Part shown: positions 19,377 through 29,391 of the stretch, one piece after another | Numbering within the stretch: the stretch's first letter is position 1 | Layout: every line of letters begins with the position of its first letter | DNA from: an uncultured virus (IMG/VR IMGVR_UViG_3300030012_002808) | Taxonomy: Duplodnaviria; Heunggongvirae; Uroviricota; Caudoviricetes | Strand: one strand, 5' to 3' | Virus record (IMG/VR): IMGVR_UViG_3300030012_002808 | DNA: 55,881 nucleotides | Notes under the pieces: model-generated | Seen by the model: only the letters and a program-made list of their open reading frames with translations | Database searches by the model: none | What the model was told of the DNA's origin: nothing | Program-made: the position numbers and the translations under genes

Positions 19377-20047
19377 TATCTAAGTGCGTTTTGACCATCA
19401 TCTAGGTTATCTTGTGGAACCTGCATGGTTGTTGTAAATTCTTTGACTACCATTTGTTCAATCTCTGAAAATAAGTATTCAGGAAAAGGTAAAGGTTGAT
19501 CTTGTCTTACCTTACACTTTAAATCTTCATCACATTGAAATGGGGATATATCATCATCAAATACAGCCTCTACTCTAATAGCATCCCAATCAACATTAGG
19601 TAGATATAGATAACCATCTAAGTACCAGAAGTAAGGCCTTTTGTTATATTTAAATGTTGTTGATTTAGCAATTGATGTCCAAGTACCTGGATCCGTTCTA
19701 TATACTTCTATAGAGCTATCAATAGAAGATACTGTACGTATAATTGGACCAAATAAACCATCAAAAATATCTGGTAATTTTTCTTTAGTTCTTTTAAAAT
19801 AACATCCAGAATATACACCCATGCACCCAGCTTCTACCTTATCTACATCAATAAGTTCCATCATTGGTAGTACAGTAAATATAGAACTTACTCTCATAAG
19901 CCTATATTGATTATCTTCTCTTTTTAAAAGAGTTTTACCGTACTTAATTATTGAATAATATAAAGTTCTATCAGTTAGAAAAGGATCCTCCTTAACTGCT
20001 TTTAGTGTATTTCTTACTCTTGATATTGATTCTCCTATTGTTGTCAT
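19376..20047 (-). CDS. Putative tail ring/tubular protein
   Basis: Size, position and YFWYLDGYLY...PFPEYL pattern resemble crAss-like ring proteins. Confidence 0.55.
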   Translation of the reverse strand: MTTIGESISRVRNTLKAVKEDPFLTDRTLYYSIIKYGKTLLKREDNQYRLMRVSSIFTVLPMMELIDVDKVEAGCMGVYSGCYFKRTKEKLPDIFDGLFGPIIRTVSSIDSSIEVYRTDPGTWTSIAKSTTFKYNKRPYFWYLDGYLYLPNVDWDAIRVEAVFDDDISPFQCDEDLKCKVRQDQPLPFPEYLFSEIEQMVVKEFTTTMQVPQDNLDDGQNALR

Positions 20048-20625
20048 ATGTTAAATTCATTATAATTTTTTAAATCATCTTGAGTCTTTTTTAAACGTAC
20101 TTCTTTATACCTCGTTTTTGCATATGACAATTTTAATTTCTTCAAAGGATCAACTACCAAATACTTATTCCAATTTTCAGGATAAGTTTTAGATACATTT
20201 CTTTTAAACTTCCTACATGCAACAAATCCCCAAAATTCTCTGTTTCTAAATTTATGTTTTGGAGCATGGTTAGAATAAAATATTTTAGCTAGCTTACCGT
20301 CAGTTTCCCAATTCTTATTGGTGACTTGTACTCCATGTTCACGGGATTTACCAAAATCAATATTATCTTTTTTACTTGTTTGGCAAGTTCCTATAAACAA
20401 CCATCCTAACTGTTGTGGTAACTCTATACCATCTCTATAATCTATTACTTTATCACTAATCATTTCATTAAATGACTTAATAATAGTTCTTAACTTACTA
20501 TCGTCTAAGTTTTTATACTTAGGATGTTTAATTTTAAATTTTTCAAAGAACTCTTTATTTAAAACACTATAAACTTTAGGTCTAAATCTTGGAGCTTTTA
20601 CGTCTGGTCTGTTAAATTCCTTCAT
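20044..20625 (-). CDS. HU/IHF-like basic DNA-binding protein
   Basis: KLRTIIKSFNEMISDKV...IELPQQLGWLFI matches the HU helix/beta pattern. IHF-like genes are known in crAss-like structural modules. Confidence 0.55.
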   Translation of the reverse strand: MKEFNRPDVKAPRFRPKVYSVLNKEFFEKFKIKHPKYKNLDDSKLRTIIKSFNEMISDKVIDYRDGIELPQQLGWLFIGTCQTSKKDNIDFGKSREHGVQVTNKNWETDGKLAKIFYSNHAPKHKFRNREFWGFVACRKFKRNVSKTYPENWNKYLVVDPLKKLKLSYAKTRYKEVRLKKTQDDLKNYNEFNI

Positions 20626-20626
20626 A

Positions 20627-20640
20627 ATAATATAGTAAAA
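20627..20640 (-). promoter_or_regulatory. Putative late promoter (TTTTACTATATTAT)
   Basis: Recurring motif, here abutting the ATG at 20625. Confidence 0.55.
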
Positions 20641-20667
20641 ATTATTGGTTTTAACAAATGTAACTAT

Positions 20668-20700
20668 AAAAACGAAACCCCCACAAGTGTGAGGGTTTTG
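20668..20700 (-). terminator. Intrinsic terminator
   Basis: Minus-strand CAAAACCCTCAC-ACTT-GTGGGGGTTTCG followed by a T tract. Confidence 0.75.
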
Positions 20701-20738
20701 CCATTGTTAGCCACAGAAACCAACAAACTGCGACAATA
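20701..20738 (-). ncRNA. Candidate 3'-UTR antisense hairpin (loop UUUGUUGGUUU)
   Basis: Stem GUCGCAG/CUGUGGC with G-U pairs that work only on the minus strand. The 11-nt loop is complementary to AAACCAACAAA in late-gene start regions. Confidence 0.45.
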
Positions 20739-20740
20739 TT

Positions 20741-21196
20741 TTAACCTAATACAATTGTTCTTACTGTACCTGTAAATGAACCAGAACTTAATGTATAATT
20801 ACCTAATGAAGTACATATTACTTCAAACTCTTTAGTTACATCAGTATTAGTTGCAGTATCAATAATTAATACTTGTACATATTGCTGTTGTAATGTATGA
20901 GTACAAGCTACAGTACTAGTTGGAGGACCTGCTGTAATTGCTTGAGCAGTTACAGAAGTATCATCTCTTCCTGTAGTACTAGTACATATATAAGATACAA
21001 GTTTAGTAATTACTGAATCTAAATAATCATTACGTGAAATAACAGTGTCTGCCCCACAGACAATATCAGCACCAGTGTAAACAATACACTGTGCATTAAA
21101 TACCTCAGAACATGCTGGAGGACACGGTGGTACAACAGTGTAAGCACCTGGTGTACATCCGCATTGAGTAGTTGAATTACAATTTGAATTAGCCAT
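20741..21196 (-). CDS. Cys-rich putative fibre/decoration protein
   Basis: NAQCIVYTGADIVC resembles SSNCVIWQGPDIEC in the adjacent gene. Confidence 0.55.
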   Translation of the reverse strand: MANSNCNSTTQCGCTPGAYTVVPPCPPACSEVFNAQCIVYTGADIVCGADTVISRNDYLDSVITKLVSYICTSTTGRDDTSVTAQAITAGPPTSTVACTHTLQQQYVQVLIIDTATNTDVTKEFEVICTSLGNYTLSSGSFTGTVRTIVLG

Positions 21197-21219
21197 TTTT
21201 ATTTTTATTTTTTAATTTT

Positions 21220-23121
21220 TTAATCTCCTATTTTTTGTATAAAGAATTCGAAGTAATCACTACTAGCTAAGTAACTACTTAAATACTCCCATCTTGGATT
21301 AGGTTGACTGGGAGATGACGGATCTTCATCATTAATAAACATTCCTAATTTAACTTCTAAAACATCACCATCTTTTAATACAACCCCTAATGCTGTTCCC
21401 GATAATGTACATTTTGAAATGGAATTATTTGGAGCAAATGAATCATTTGCATATAATTCACAAGATCCTGGTGTAGCTACATTCTGTATAGCTGATATTA
21501 CAGTAATTCTAGGATTCGCTTTAGTTAAAGAACTCACTACAACTCTTGCTATTGCATTAGAACCCTGAATAACAGTAGCTCCAGAGGTTAAGTCATTTGA
21601 GCTAAAAGTTCCTGTATAACTAATCATCTCAGCTGAAACTATCACACCAGCAGTAGCACCACTACCTACTGTTATATCAATAAACATAGTACCATTAGGA
21701 AAATTGACCTGTACAAGTCCATCTACATAAGTAGAAACACTTGGGGTACCTCCAATTAGTACATTAACACCAGCTGGGGTGTCATTAGATGATAAGTTAT
21801 CACCACCATACCAACCTTTACCTGTTCCAAAAAATGTACCAGAAGTTGCAGGTTCAGGAGCCGCAGGAGAACCAGAAGAAGATGGTATATTACTTGTAAC
21901 AGGAGCGCTTAAAACAATATTATAACATAGGTTATATACACCACCCATTCCTGCTGGTATTATAAAATTTCCACCAGTTATTATACCACCTGAAAATGTA
22001 TCATATATATCACTGCCTGCAGCACCTGGAAATTTAAAAGGACCAGGTACACCTTGGCAAAGACTATTAACTGAACCAGAATTAATATATCCATCTTTTA
22101 TTAAATATAAACCACTAGCAGAGTTAATATTACTAGCACCTCCTCCTAGAGTATTAGAACCTGTATTTCTAATTAAAGCTCTAGGTTGATTTATATTTGC
22201 AGTAAAGTTATAATTAGGTAAGCCTGTATTTTCAGTAAATGATATTGTATCACTATCTGTAAATGTTACAGTAGTAATATTTCTAAGATCACAAACTGCT
22301 ATCCATAAATTCTGTATAGTTTGAGCTAATGTATTGGGAGCCGATATCCAACCAGTTGGTCCTGGATATGCACTAGACATTGTACCAACAGCTGCGTCAT
22401 TACCATCTACAATAGAAGCTGAAGCAGCAGTTATACAAGATGGATTAAGAACACTTAATAAATCAGATGCGGTTCCAGAAGAACCTAGTATAACATCAAT
22501 TGTTGCACAATAACCTATTGTAGCATCATTCACTAAATTATCTAATACAACATCAATTGGTGCAGTAGGAGAACCTATAATGGTCTCAAAACAACCTGTT
22601 GGTATTGGAGGAATAGTAAATGAAGGAGGTGTTGCATTTTCTAATGCAGTAACTCTAATATCAATATTAGTTATTTGATCTTGTAAACTAAGAATTTCAG
22701 TAACTAAAGAACATACTTTATTTGCAATTGCTTGTACATAATCTACAAGCTGCATATTAGTTGTAGTTCCTTCAACAAAACAATCAGCTACTGATACAAC
22801 ACAATCAGGACATCCTGAATCTGTTGTAGGAGTAGATGCAGGCACATCTTCTAATTCACATATTCTAGAAATTAATAATTGAATAAGTGCTTCAAAATTT
22901 TCTGGAGGACATGCAGCTGAGATACCTAAACAAGTTAAATCATAACTAGATACATTTGTTTGTTTCATCAATGTACATAACTCAACAGCTAATGCATAAA
23001 CTACATCAGAAACAGTATCTCCTTTACAAAGCGTAATACATTCAATATCAGGCCCTTGCCAAATAACACAGTTACTTGATATAGGAGAACAAGGTTTATT
23101 ATCTAAATTTAACGGTTTCAT
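21220..23121 (-). CDS. Putative tail fibre protein, 633 aa
   Basis: Cys-rich N-terminus, coiled-coil segments, G/S/T-rich beta C-terminus. Confidence 0.55.
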   Translation of the reverse strand: MKPLNLDNKPCSPISSNCVIWQGPDIECITLCKGDTVSDVVYALAVELCTLMKQTNVSSYDLTCLGISAACPPENFEALIQLLISRICELEDVPASTPTTDSGCPDCVVSVADCFVEGTTTNMQLVDYVQAIANKVCSLVTEILSLQDQITNIDIRVTALENATPPSFTIPPIPTGCFETIIGSPTAPIDVVLDNLVNDATIGYCATIDVILGSSGTASDLLSVLNPSCITAASASIVDGNDAAVGTMSSAYPGPTGWISAPNTLAQTIQNLWIAVCDLRNITTVTFTDSDTISFTENTGLPNYNFTANINQPRALIRNTGSNTLGGGASNINSASGLYLIKDGYINSGSVNSLCQGVPGPFKFPGAAGSDIYDTFSGGIITGGNFIIPAGMGGVYNLCYNIVLSAPVTSNIPSSSGSPAAPEPATSGTFFGTGKGWYGGDNLSSNDTPAGVNVLIGGTPSVSTYVDGLVQVNFPNGTMFIDITVGSGATAGVIVSAEMISYTGTFSSNDLTSGATVIQGSNAIARVVVSSLTKANPRITVISAIQNVATPGSCELYANDSFAPNNSISKCTLSGTALGVVLKDGDVLEVKLGMFINDEDPSSPSQPNPRWEYLSSYLASSDYFEFFIQKIGD

Positions 23122-23134
23122 ATTTATGTCTAAT

Positions 23135-23148
23135 TATAATATACAAAT
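23135..23148 (-). promoter_or_regulatory. Putative late promoter (ATTTGTATATTATA)
   Basis: Recurring motif upstream of the ATG at 23121. Confidence 0.55.
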
Positions 23149-23153
23149 TAATT

Positions 23154-25805
23154 TTAACAATTGCAAGTTGTGCAAATGCTTGTATTCCCACATGAACAGG
23201 AGGATTTAGATGCACAATTAAAACTAGGATCTCTAAGAGCTTGCATATCAATTAAAGTCTTTTTTAATATCCAATTTTGTAGCTCATCTGGACAACAATT
23301 AGATATACCATATCTTTCTTCTAAAGCTTTTTTATACATTATGTCAGCAAACTTACATGTTATTTTATCATACTTATCTGCTGAAAGCACTGGTGTATTA
23401 TAGCCTGGTTTTACTTTTCTATTATTTTTAAATACTGGTTGTGGACATTGACCCTCTTGACAATCTCCAAATTTTTCTAAATAAAAAATACCATTATCAT
23501 ATGCTTCCTTTGGTACAACATACTTAACACATATCTTACCAGTAGTTTGTCCTACAGTTAGCTTATATGAAATGTATACATCATCACAATCATAATACTC
23601 TAGTAGGCTTGTATCATCCTCAGATACATTTGTAATTTTAACACATTCACATTTAGCATCTGCTAGAAGACAATCAGGGCAGTCAATATATTCTGAAGCA
23701 AATGTAACTGACTCAATCATTCCTGGAGTATCAGTAGCAGCCACTTGCCAGCATCCAGTACAATTTGATATCTTAATAACCTTACCTTTATAGGCATTTA
23801 AATCAGTATCTGTATAAATTATTCTAGATGAATCTTCACAATCTGTTAATTCAAAATAGTCTGCCTTACATTTTTCACAATCATCAAATGAAGACGTTAT
23901 TGTAATATCTGTATCTGTAGGTGGATTATATGTAATTAACTCTACATAATAACACCCACAATTATCCAATTCTACAACTTTATCTACATGTGTAGATAAA
24001 TCATTTGTTGTATATAAGATATCTACCGCATTATCACAAGAGGTTAGTTTATAAGCAATAGGTCCTATACATTCAGGACAATCATCATATACTTCTAAAA
24101 CAGTTACATTAGTAGGACAATCTTCACAACCAATATTACATACAGTAGAAGCAAGAGTGCGAACAGAACTTGTTGCAGTTCCATCAGGCCATCTACCTGA
24201 ACCTGGCCAAGGATTTAATAATGGACAATCAGGAATACCACTATTTACTATAGCTAAAGTATCTGAACTAGGAGGCGAAGGATCACCAACTGCTGATAAT
24301 TTAGTTATATACCAACCGCCTACACCTACAGGATTTGACCATATAGCATATGTTTCCATAGCACCACCACCTGGCCCAGCTGTAATTTCAAACTCCCAAA
24401 CCTTTTGATTATTATATACTAATCCATTAAATATTGCTGTAGTTTGATATACAGCGTCTACACGTATATCAACACATAAACAAGAACCATCTATTACTTG
24501 CCAGCAACCTTCATACCCATTTAATGTTACTATTTGATTTTGTAAAAAGTAAGGGTATAATTCAGATTCTGTATATATTACTTCTTGTGTTTCACAATTA
24601 ACTAATGCAAAACATTCTATAGGGCATTCATCATCTATACAATTTGAACCCTGATTAATAATAAACGAAGCACCTGGGGAGACAGCACCAATTGAAGGAT
24701 ATATACTAGAACAGAATTTACCAGGCCCCATTTGATTAGTTACTAGAGTACCATTACAATCTACATATGTAACCATACCAACTCCTGATCCTGTACCAAT
24801 ACCAGACTGTCCTTTAAACCCACTAGGTACAATACTTGGACTTATAGAACCAACATTTGAAGAACCTGTACTAACAATTTCATAGCATTTACAATCACAG
24901 GGAGCAGGTTTTACAGGATCTACTGAAATAGTAGCTACAGCATTAACACACGATTCTGATGGACCTACATACCAAGTTCCAGCCATAGGCGTTCCTAAGT
25001 CATTATCTATAAGTGTTACAAATTCACCAACATAGTTAGATATATCATCTACACCATATTGATTTATATCTGATAAAACTTGAAATGTATTACCATCACA
25101 ATCATACACAGTATAACAAAACTGTGGACATCCTGGACAAGCATCAACTACAGCCTGACTATCACAATCTAAACCTGAAGTTGCTGTAGTAACTTGGTCA
25201 AAGGTAAAACCTTCAACATAGGTAGGAAGTGTACTTAAGTTATTATATTCAGTTTCAGGTATATCTTGTACTACAGTTACTGTATAACAACTACCATATT
25301 GTATATTCTGGAAATAAAATTGTGATCCTGGTATTGGATTTATTTCAAACTGGCCATTATTTTGCATACCAGTCCAAAATCTAGGTATAATTATTCCTAA
25401 ATAATCTTGGTAATTATCACCGCGAAACTCAAGTGTATCATATTGCTCACAACATGGAGTAAAAACAAGTTTATTAAAACCAGGACTACAATCAGCACAT
25501 GCAGCATCTTGACAATCTACAACTGGAGTAAATACAGAATAATCAAGATCAGCAGTAAGAGTAAAAAGACCATTTCCAGTAACTGTAAATGTATAACAAT
25601 CCCCTGTTATAAATTCTACTATATTACCATTATTATCAGTTAATGTTTGATTTGCACCAGTATATACAAATACCTCAGAACCTGGTAAAGGAGGTGTTAA
25701 TGAACCAATACCGCCTGTTGCAGGATCTACACTAACTAATAATGTACCTGTTTCACCACTATTACAACATCTAGTGATTTCTATATATGGTATTGTGTTA
25801 GCCAT
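23154..25805 (-). CDS. 883-aa Cys-rich repeat structural protein
   Basis: Repeating units (Y/F)xLxxC...IYTxxDL...CxxC(W/Y)xV...dCxxC. Confidence 0.6.
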   Translation of the reverse strand: MANTIPYIEITRCCNSGETGTLLVSVDPATGGIGSLTPPLPGSEVFVYTGANQTLTDNNGNIVEFITGDCYTFTVTGNGLFTLTADLDYSVFTPVVDCQDAACADCSPGFNKLVFTPCCEQYDTLEFRGDNYQDYLGIIIPRFWTGMQNNGQFEINPIPGSQFYFQNIQYGSCYTVTVVQDIPETEYNNLSTLPTYVEGFTFDQVTTATSGLDCDSQAVVDACPGCPQFCYTVYDCDGNTFQVLSDINQYGVDDISNYVGEFVTLIDNDLGTPMAGTWYVGPSESCVNAVATISVDPVKPAPCDCKCYEIVSTGSSNVGSISPSIVPSGFKGQSGIGTGSGVGMVTYVDCNGTLVTNQMGPGKFCSSIYPSIGAVSPGASFIINQGSNCIDDECPIECFALVNCETQEVIYTESELYPYFLQNQIVTLNGYEGCWQVIDGSCLCVDIRVDAVYQTTAIFNGLVYNNQKVWEFEITAGPGGGAMETYAIWSNPVGVGGWYITKLSAVGDPSPPSSDTLAIVNSGIPDCPLLNPWPGSGRWPDGTATSSVRTLASTVCNIGCEDCPTNVTVLEVYDDCPECIGPIAYKLTSCDNAVDILYTTNDLSTHVDKVVELDNCGCYYVELITYNPPTDTDITITSSFDDCEKCKADYFELTDCEDSSRIIYTDTDLNAYKGKVIKISNCTGCWQVAATDTPGMIESVTFASEYIDCPDCLLADAKCECVKITNVSEDDTSLLEYYDCDDVYISYKLTVGQTTGKICVKYVVPKEAYDNGIFYLEKFGDCQEGQCPQPVFKNNRKVKPGYNTPVLSADKYDKITCKFADIMYKKALEERYGISNCCPDELQNWILKKTLIDMQALRDPSFNCASKSSCSCGNTSICTTCNC

Positions 25806-25943
25806 TTATCTTTTACTTTTTAATTTTGCTTCATATGAGCTTGCACATGTACTGCATACTTGTTTACCATCTGAAGCTGTTCTTTTTTGACACCCACATG
25901 ATAATCTTTTTCCGCAGTTCATACATCTTACTCCTGCTGCCAT
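25806..25943 (-). CDS. 45-aa Cys-rich (Zn-finger-like) microprotein
   Basis: Below the track cutoff. MAAGVRCMNCGKRLSCGCQKRTASDGKQVCSTCASSYEAKLKSKR; fills the gap exactly and its stop abuts the next ATG. Confidence 0.8.
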   Translation of the reverse strand: MAAGVRCMNCGKRLSCGCQKRTASDGKQVCSTCASSYEAKLKSKR

Positions 25944-25964
25944 AACTTGTTGGTTTAGTTTAGT

Positions 25965-26507
25965 TTAACAATGTTTACATTCTAACTTTTGTAATAGTTT
26001 TAATGCATAATTATATAATGTCATTCCAGCTTGGCTTTCATGACATGTTTCTACTTTAGCTTTTGCTGCATCTAAGTAACCTTTAATAAGCTGTAAGTAT
26101 CGCAATCTTTCTTTTACTTTTGGCCGAGGATCACAATTAGACGCATCTATATCACATAATAGTTTTTCATATATACTTAATGCATGAGTCATTCTTAAAT
26201 GATTATAATCAACATATACTGCACAAGATGGATCTACTGTATATCTAATAAAGTAAATACCATCTGGTAAGCATGCATGTATTGAATCACAATTTTCAGT
26301 TTGAATTCCTAAATCACATGCTGTAATAGAAGGAGTATCTCCTGGAGTAAACAACACTTCCGTGCTATCATTAAAACCAGGTACAGTAATTAATAAACGA
26401 GGATTGAATATTGATACCAACGGTGAATACACACTTGTATCAAGTACTTTTAAAACACATGATGTAGTCACACTAGGTACTTCTAAACTTAATACATGAT
26501 TTGCCAT
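25965..26507 (-). CDS. Putative tail hub/structural protein
   Basis: LPDGIYFIRY motif, helical C-terminus, position in the tail module. Confidence 0.45.
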   Translation of the reverse strand: MANHVLSLEVPSVTTSCVLKVLDTSVYSPLVSIFNPRLLITVPGFNDSTEVLFTPGDTPSITACDLGIQTENCDSIHACLPDGIYFIRYTVDPSCAVYVDYNHLRMTHALSIYEKLLCDIDASNCDPRPKVKERLRYLQLIKGYLDAAKAKVETCHESQAGMTLYNYALKLLQKLECKHC

Positions 26508-26518
26508 ATTGATAAAAT

Positions 26519-26556
26519 AAAAAAGGGAGAGGAGAAACTAGATCTCACTCTCCCTT
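26519..26556 (-). terminator. Intrinsic terminator
   Basis: AAGGGAGAG/CTCTCCCTT stem with T tract after the 492-aa gene. Confidence 0.75.
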
Positions 26557-26576
26557 ATATGAGTAATTAATTATTA

Positions 26577-28055
26577 TTACGGTGTTTCTTCTTCAGCTGG
26601 TGGAATTTCTTCAGCTGGTGCAATAGGGGCAGCTGCTGCTACCACAACAACACTTGGGTCATCACATGCAACAATAGCTTCCTGAGTATAATCAATACAA
26701 TCTTCATTACCAGCAGCAATCAATGTATTTGTAATATCATCTAGTAATGCAGCAATATCAGCATTTAAAACAGCTCCACCAGTTGGTGCAGCAATATCTA
26801 ATAGATACTGATCGTTATCAAATGTACCTGAAGGATTATTGAATCTTGGAATAGTATGTAAGATAAATGCTCTATCATATAATGCAGTTCTATCAACTTG
26901 TCCAGGACCAGTTCCTAACATGTCATTACCTTGAGTAATCTCACGAATTCTTAAATCAGTTGCAAAAGGAATTTGTCTGTAAGATTCTGATAAGATAAAA
27001 TCTCTCAATACACTTTCACCAAGTCCTTGTGGTTTTTTACCTTCACACTCATTTACAATACAAATTCCAGTAAACTCACATGGATCACCATTTAAGTCAA
27101 CTTCAGAAGCAAATAATCTTAGAGGCTCAGTTCCGTAGAAATCTGATGGTTGGAAAGTACAATCTCCAAATCTAGTTTCTTCATAAGCACCTACTAACGT
27201 TAGTCCAGCACACTCATCAGTGTAAGCAGCAGGAGTATAAACATCAGCAGTAGTTGCAAGAACCGTATCTGGACCAGCTAAACCTAAAAAGGTATTAGTT
27301 GCAGCAACACCAGAAGTAAGTACAGCAGGAGCAGTTCCAGCAGGATATACTAAAGTTGTTCCATTTCCTACAGCACCGCCAGCACCAGCAGCAGTTACAG
27401 TAACTACAGGAATAACAAATGGTTCTGCATTAGTACGTCCATTAGGTCCAGAACCTGTAAGAATAACACTCTCTTGAATTCCTCTTTGCCATTCAAGCAT
27501 TACAATAGCTGGGTTAACAGCTACAGGAGCAATTGAGTCATCTTCACAACATCCTGTATAAGCAGTAACTTCTTGATATGCTTGACGATTTAGCATTCTC
27601 AATGCAGGGGATCCTTTTACATCTACTCTTAAGTGATAGTTTTCACCACATAAGAAAGTTGGACAGCAGTTTGGATCTCCAGCAGTAAATGGTGTAGTAC
27701 CAATATGTAAAATAGACTGTTGAGCAGGATTTGCTCTTTGAGTCCATATTTTACTGATATACTTAGGATTAATTCCTTTTGATTTAATTGATTCTTGGTA
27801 ACCACCGTGGAAAGGTCCAATTCTGTCACTTCCATAAGGAGCACCAGATGCAACAACAAATTGACATGTAGTTGCTTCATCACCAGCACCAGCTGCACCA
27901 ACATTAAGTGGTGTCCACTGTCTTGCATCATACAAAGATAATTGTCCTGAAGTTAGTTCACCACTAGCAGCAGTAGTAGCTGGAGGTGCTGCTACAGGAG
28001 CAATATACTCAGACATAATAAATGTCTTTCTAAAAGCGTTGTTAAAATAAGCCAT
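26577..28055 (-). CDS. Probably abundant structural protein (auxiliary capsid-like), Ala/Gly/Pro-rich
   Basis: Has its own promoter motif and terminator; function inferred from position only. Confidence 0.45.
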   Translation of the reverse strand: MAYFNNAFRKTFIMSEYIAPVAAPPATTAASGELTSGQLSLYDARQWTPLNVGAAGAGDEATTCQFVVASGAPYGSDRIGPFHGGYQESIKSKGINPKYISKIWTQRANPAQQSILHIGTTPFTAGDPNCCPTFLCGENYHLRVDVKGSPALRMLNRQAYQEVTAYTGCCEDDSIAPVAVNPAIVMLEWQRGIQESVILTGSGPNGRTNAEPFVIPVVTVTAAGAGGAVGNGTTLVYPAGTAPAVLTSGVAATNTFLGLAGPDTVLATTADVYTPAAYTDECAGLTLVGAYEETRFGDCTFQPSDFYGTEPLRLFASEVDLNGDPCEFTGICIVNECEGKKPQGLGESVLRDFILSESYRQIPFATDLRIREITQGNDMLGTGPGQVDRTALYDRAFILHTIPRFNNPSGTFDNDQYLLDIAAPTGGAVLNADIAALLDDITNTLIAAGNEDCIDYTQEAIVACDDPSVVVVAAAAPIAPAEEIPPAEEETP

Positions 28056-28093
28056 TTTTTTTCTTTTTTAAATTTTATAAATAAATAATATAC

Positions 28094-28108
28094 TATAATA
28101 TACTAAAA
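28094..28108 (-). promoter_or_regulatory. Putative late promoter (TTTTAGTATATTATA)
   Basis: Recurring motif upstream of the ATG at 28055. Confidence 0.6.
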
Positions 28109-28133
28109 GTTTTTTAATTAATCAAACCTAAGA

Positions 28134-28832
28134 TTAATTATTTCTTTCAGCCTCTTGCTGACCTCTAGAATACTGATTTCCAGATTCTATATCTCCAGCT
28201 ATTATACTTACAGCTTCGTCAATAATTAATTCTACAATGTCATCTTTAAACTCAGAAGTAACATCTGTAGTAGATTCAACTTCAGTATATGGATTTATAC
28301 AACCTTTAACTTGAATTAATCTAGGCTGTCTATAGTAAGTAAGTTCTGATTTAGATATTTCAAAGTCTGCGTTAGTATAAATGTTTATACCATCATCAGT
28401 TAAAGTAGCAAATGTTTCCGCCCAAGAAAAACTAGGTTGTTTAGATTTATCTCTCAAAAGCTGATTAAGATTTTCTTCTTCTGCTAAATAGACAGTCATT
28501 CTTCTATTTTCACAACAACCTTTACATGCGTTAACATCAAGCCTTTTCCACTGTAAATAATCTTTAGGTACAGGACCTCTATAATAAATATCTTCTTCTT
28601 GAAGTAAAATTGGATCCTGAACTAATATAACCTGAAGATCATCTTTTCTTCTGGTAGATTGCTCATCACCTTCTCTTAATGTATTAATACCATGCAGCTG
28701 TCTTCTACACCACTCTACTTGAGCTTTGTTAAAAGCCTCAACTATTTGCCAGCACAAAACATTATCATAATCTTGACTATCAAGTTTATTGAGCCTTTCT
28801 TTAATTTTTATTGTAAGTGTGCTATTTAACAT
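28134..28832 (-). CDS. Putative head-tail ring/adaptor protein
   Basis: LNKLDS...FNKAQ and YYRQP...ELIIDEAV patterns resemble crAss-like ring proteins. Confidence 0.55.
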   Translation of the reverse strand: MLNSTLTIKIKERLNKLDSQDYDNVLCWQIVEAFNKAQVEWCRRQLHGINTLREGDEQSTRRKDDLQVILVQDPILLQEEDIYYRGPVPKDYLQWKRLDVNACKGCCENRRMTVYLAEEENLNQLLRDKSKQPSFSWAETFATLTDDGINIYTNADFEISKSELTYYRQPRLIQVKGCINPYTEVESTTDVTSEFKDDIVELIIDEAVSIIAGDIESGNQYSRGQQEAERNN

Positions 28833-29002
28833 TACTTCTTTTTCTTTCTTTTAGCGGCAATCTTTTTAAAAGTCTTAGCAAGTGTTTTAGCTTTACCTGT
28901 ACAAGTCTTCTTTGTAATAGGTGTGCATTTACCTTTAGTACCTCTCTTCTTAATAGAAGCACTAACTTTTTGCATCCACTTTTTATCTTTCTTTTTTGCC
29001 AT
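28832..29002 (-). CDS. 56-aa Lys-rich basic protein
   Basis: Below the track cutoff. MAKKKDKKWMQKVSASIKKRGTKGKCTPITKKTCTGKAKTLAKTFKKIAAKRKKKK; TAATG overlap with the next gene. Confidence 0.8.
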   Translation of the reverse strand: MAKKKDKKWMQKVSASIKKRGTKGKCTPITKKTCTGKAKTLAKTFKKIAAKRKKKK

Positions 29003-29004
29003 CT

Positions 29005-29070
29005 TTAATAATCCCAGTAGATAAAGATTTGATCATTCTCTTCTTCTGGATCTTTAAAAGTTTTGCTCAT
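29005..29070 (-). CDS. Possible 21-aa acidic peptide
   Basis: MSKTFKDPEEENDQIFIYWDY; follows a promoter-like motif and ends 2 nt before the next ATG. Confidence 0.4.
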   Translation of the reverse strand: MSKTFKDPEEENDQIFIYWDY

Positions 29071-29087
29071 ATATCAATATACAAAAA

Positions 29088-29375
29088 TTAACAATTCCAT
29101 TTACGTAGAGATTTGTTAATTCTTGAATTAGGATCATTTCTTTTTTTAGATCCTGTCATTTTCTTTTTCATACCTGACATTCTAGCACAAAAACTTTTTC
29201 TTCTCTTAGCAGCTTTACTATTTTTTTTAAGTTTAGAAGGTTTTGTTGTAACAGCAGTTTTAAGTTTACTTCCAGGGTTAGCCTTTCTGTAAGAAGCAAC
29301 ACCTTTTTTATTTAAGCCACCTGACTTACTTTTACCTTCCTTCCTAGTCCAAGCTGGAGTTTTTTTAGTTGCCAT
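29088..29375 (-). CDS. Small basic phage protein (RRKSFCARM type)
   Basis: K/R-rich; KEGK..GGLN, RRKSFCARM, SLRKWNC, recalled as a widespread aquatic phage family. Confidence 0.75.
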   Translation of the reverse strand: MATKKTPAWTRKEGKSKSGGLNKKGVASYRKANPGSKLKTAVTTKPSKLKKNSKAAKRRKSFCARMSGMKKKMTGSKKRNDPNSRINKSLRKWNC

Positions 29376-29391
29376 AATTTAAAACATTCTT

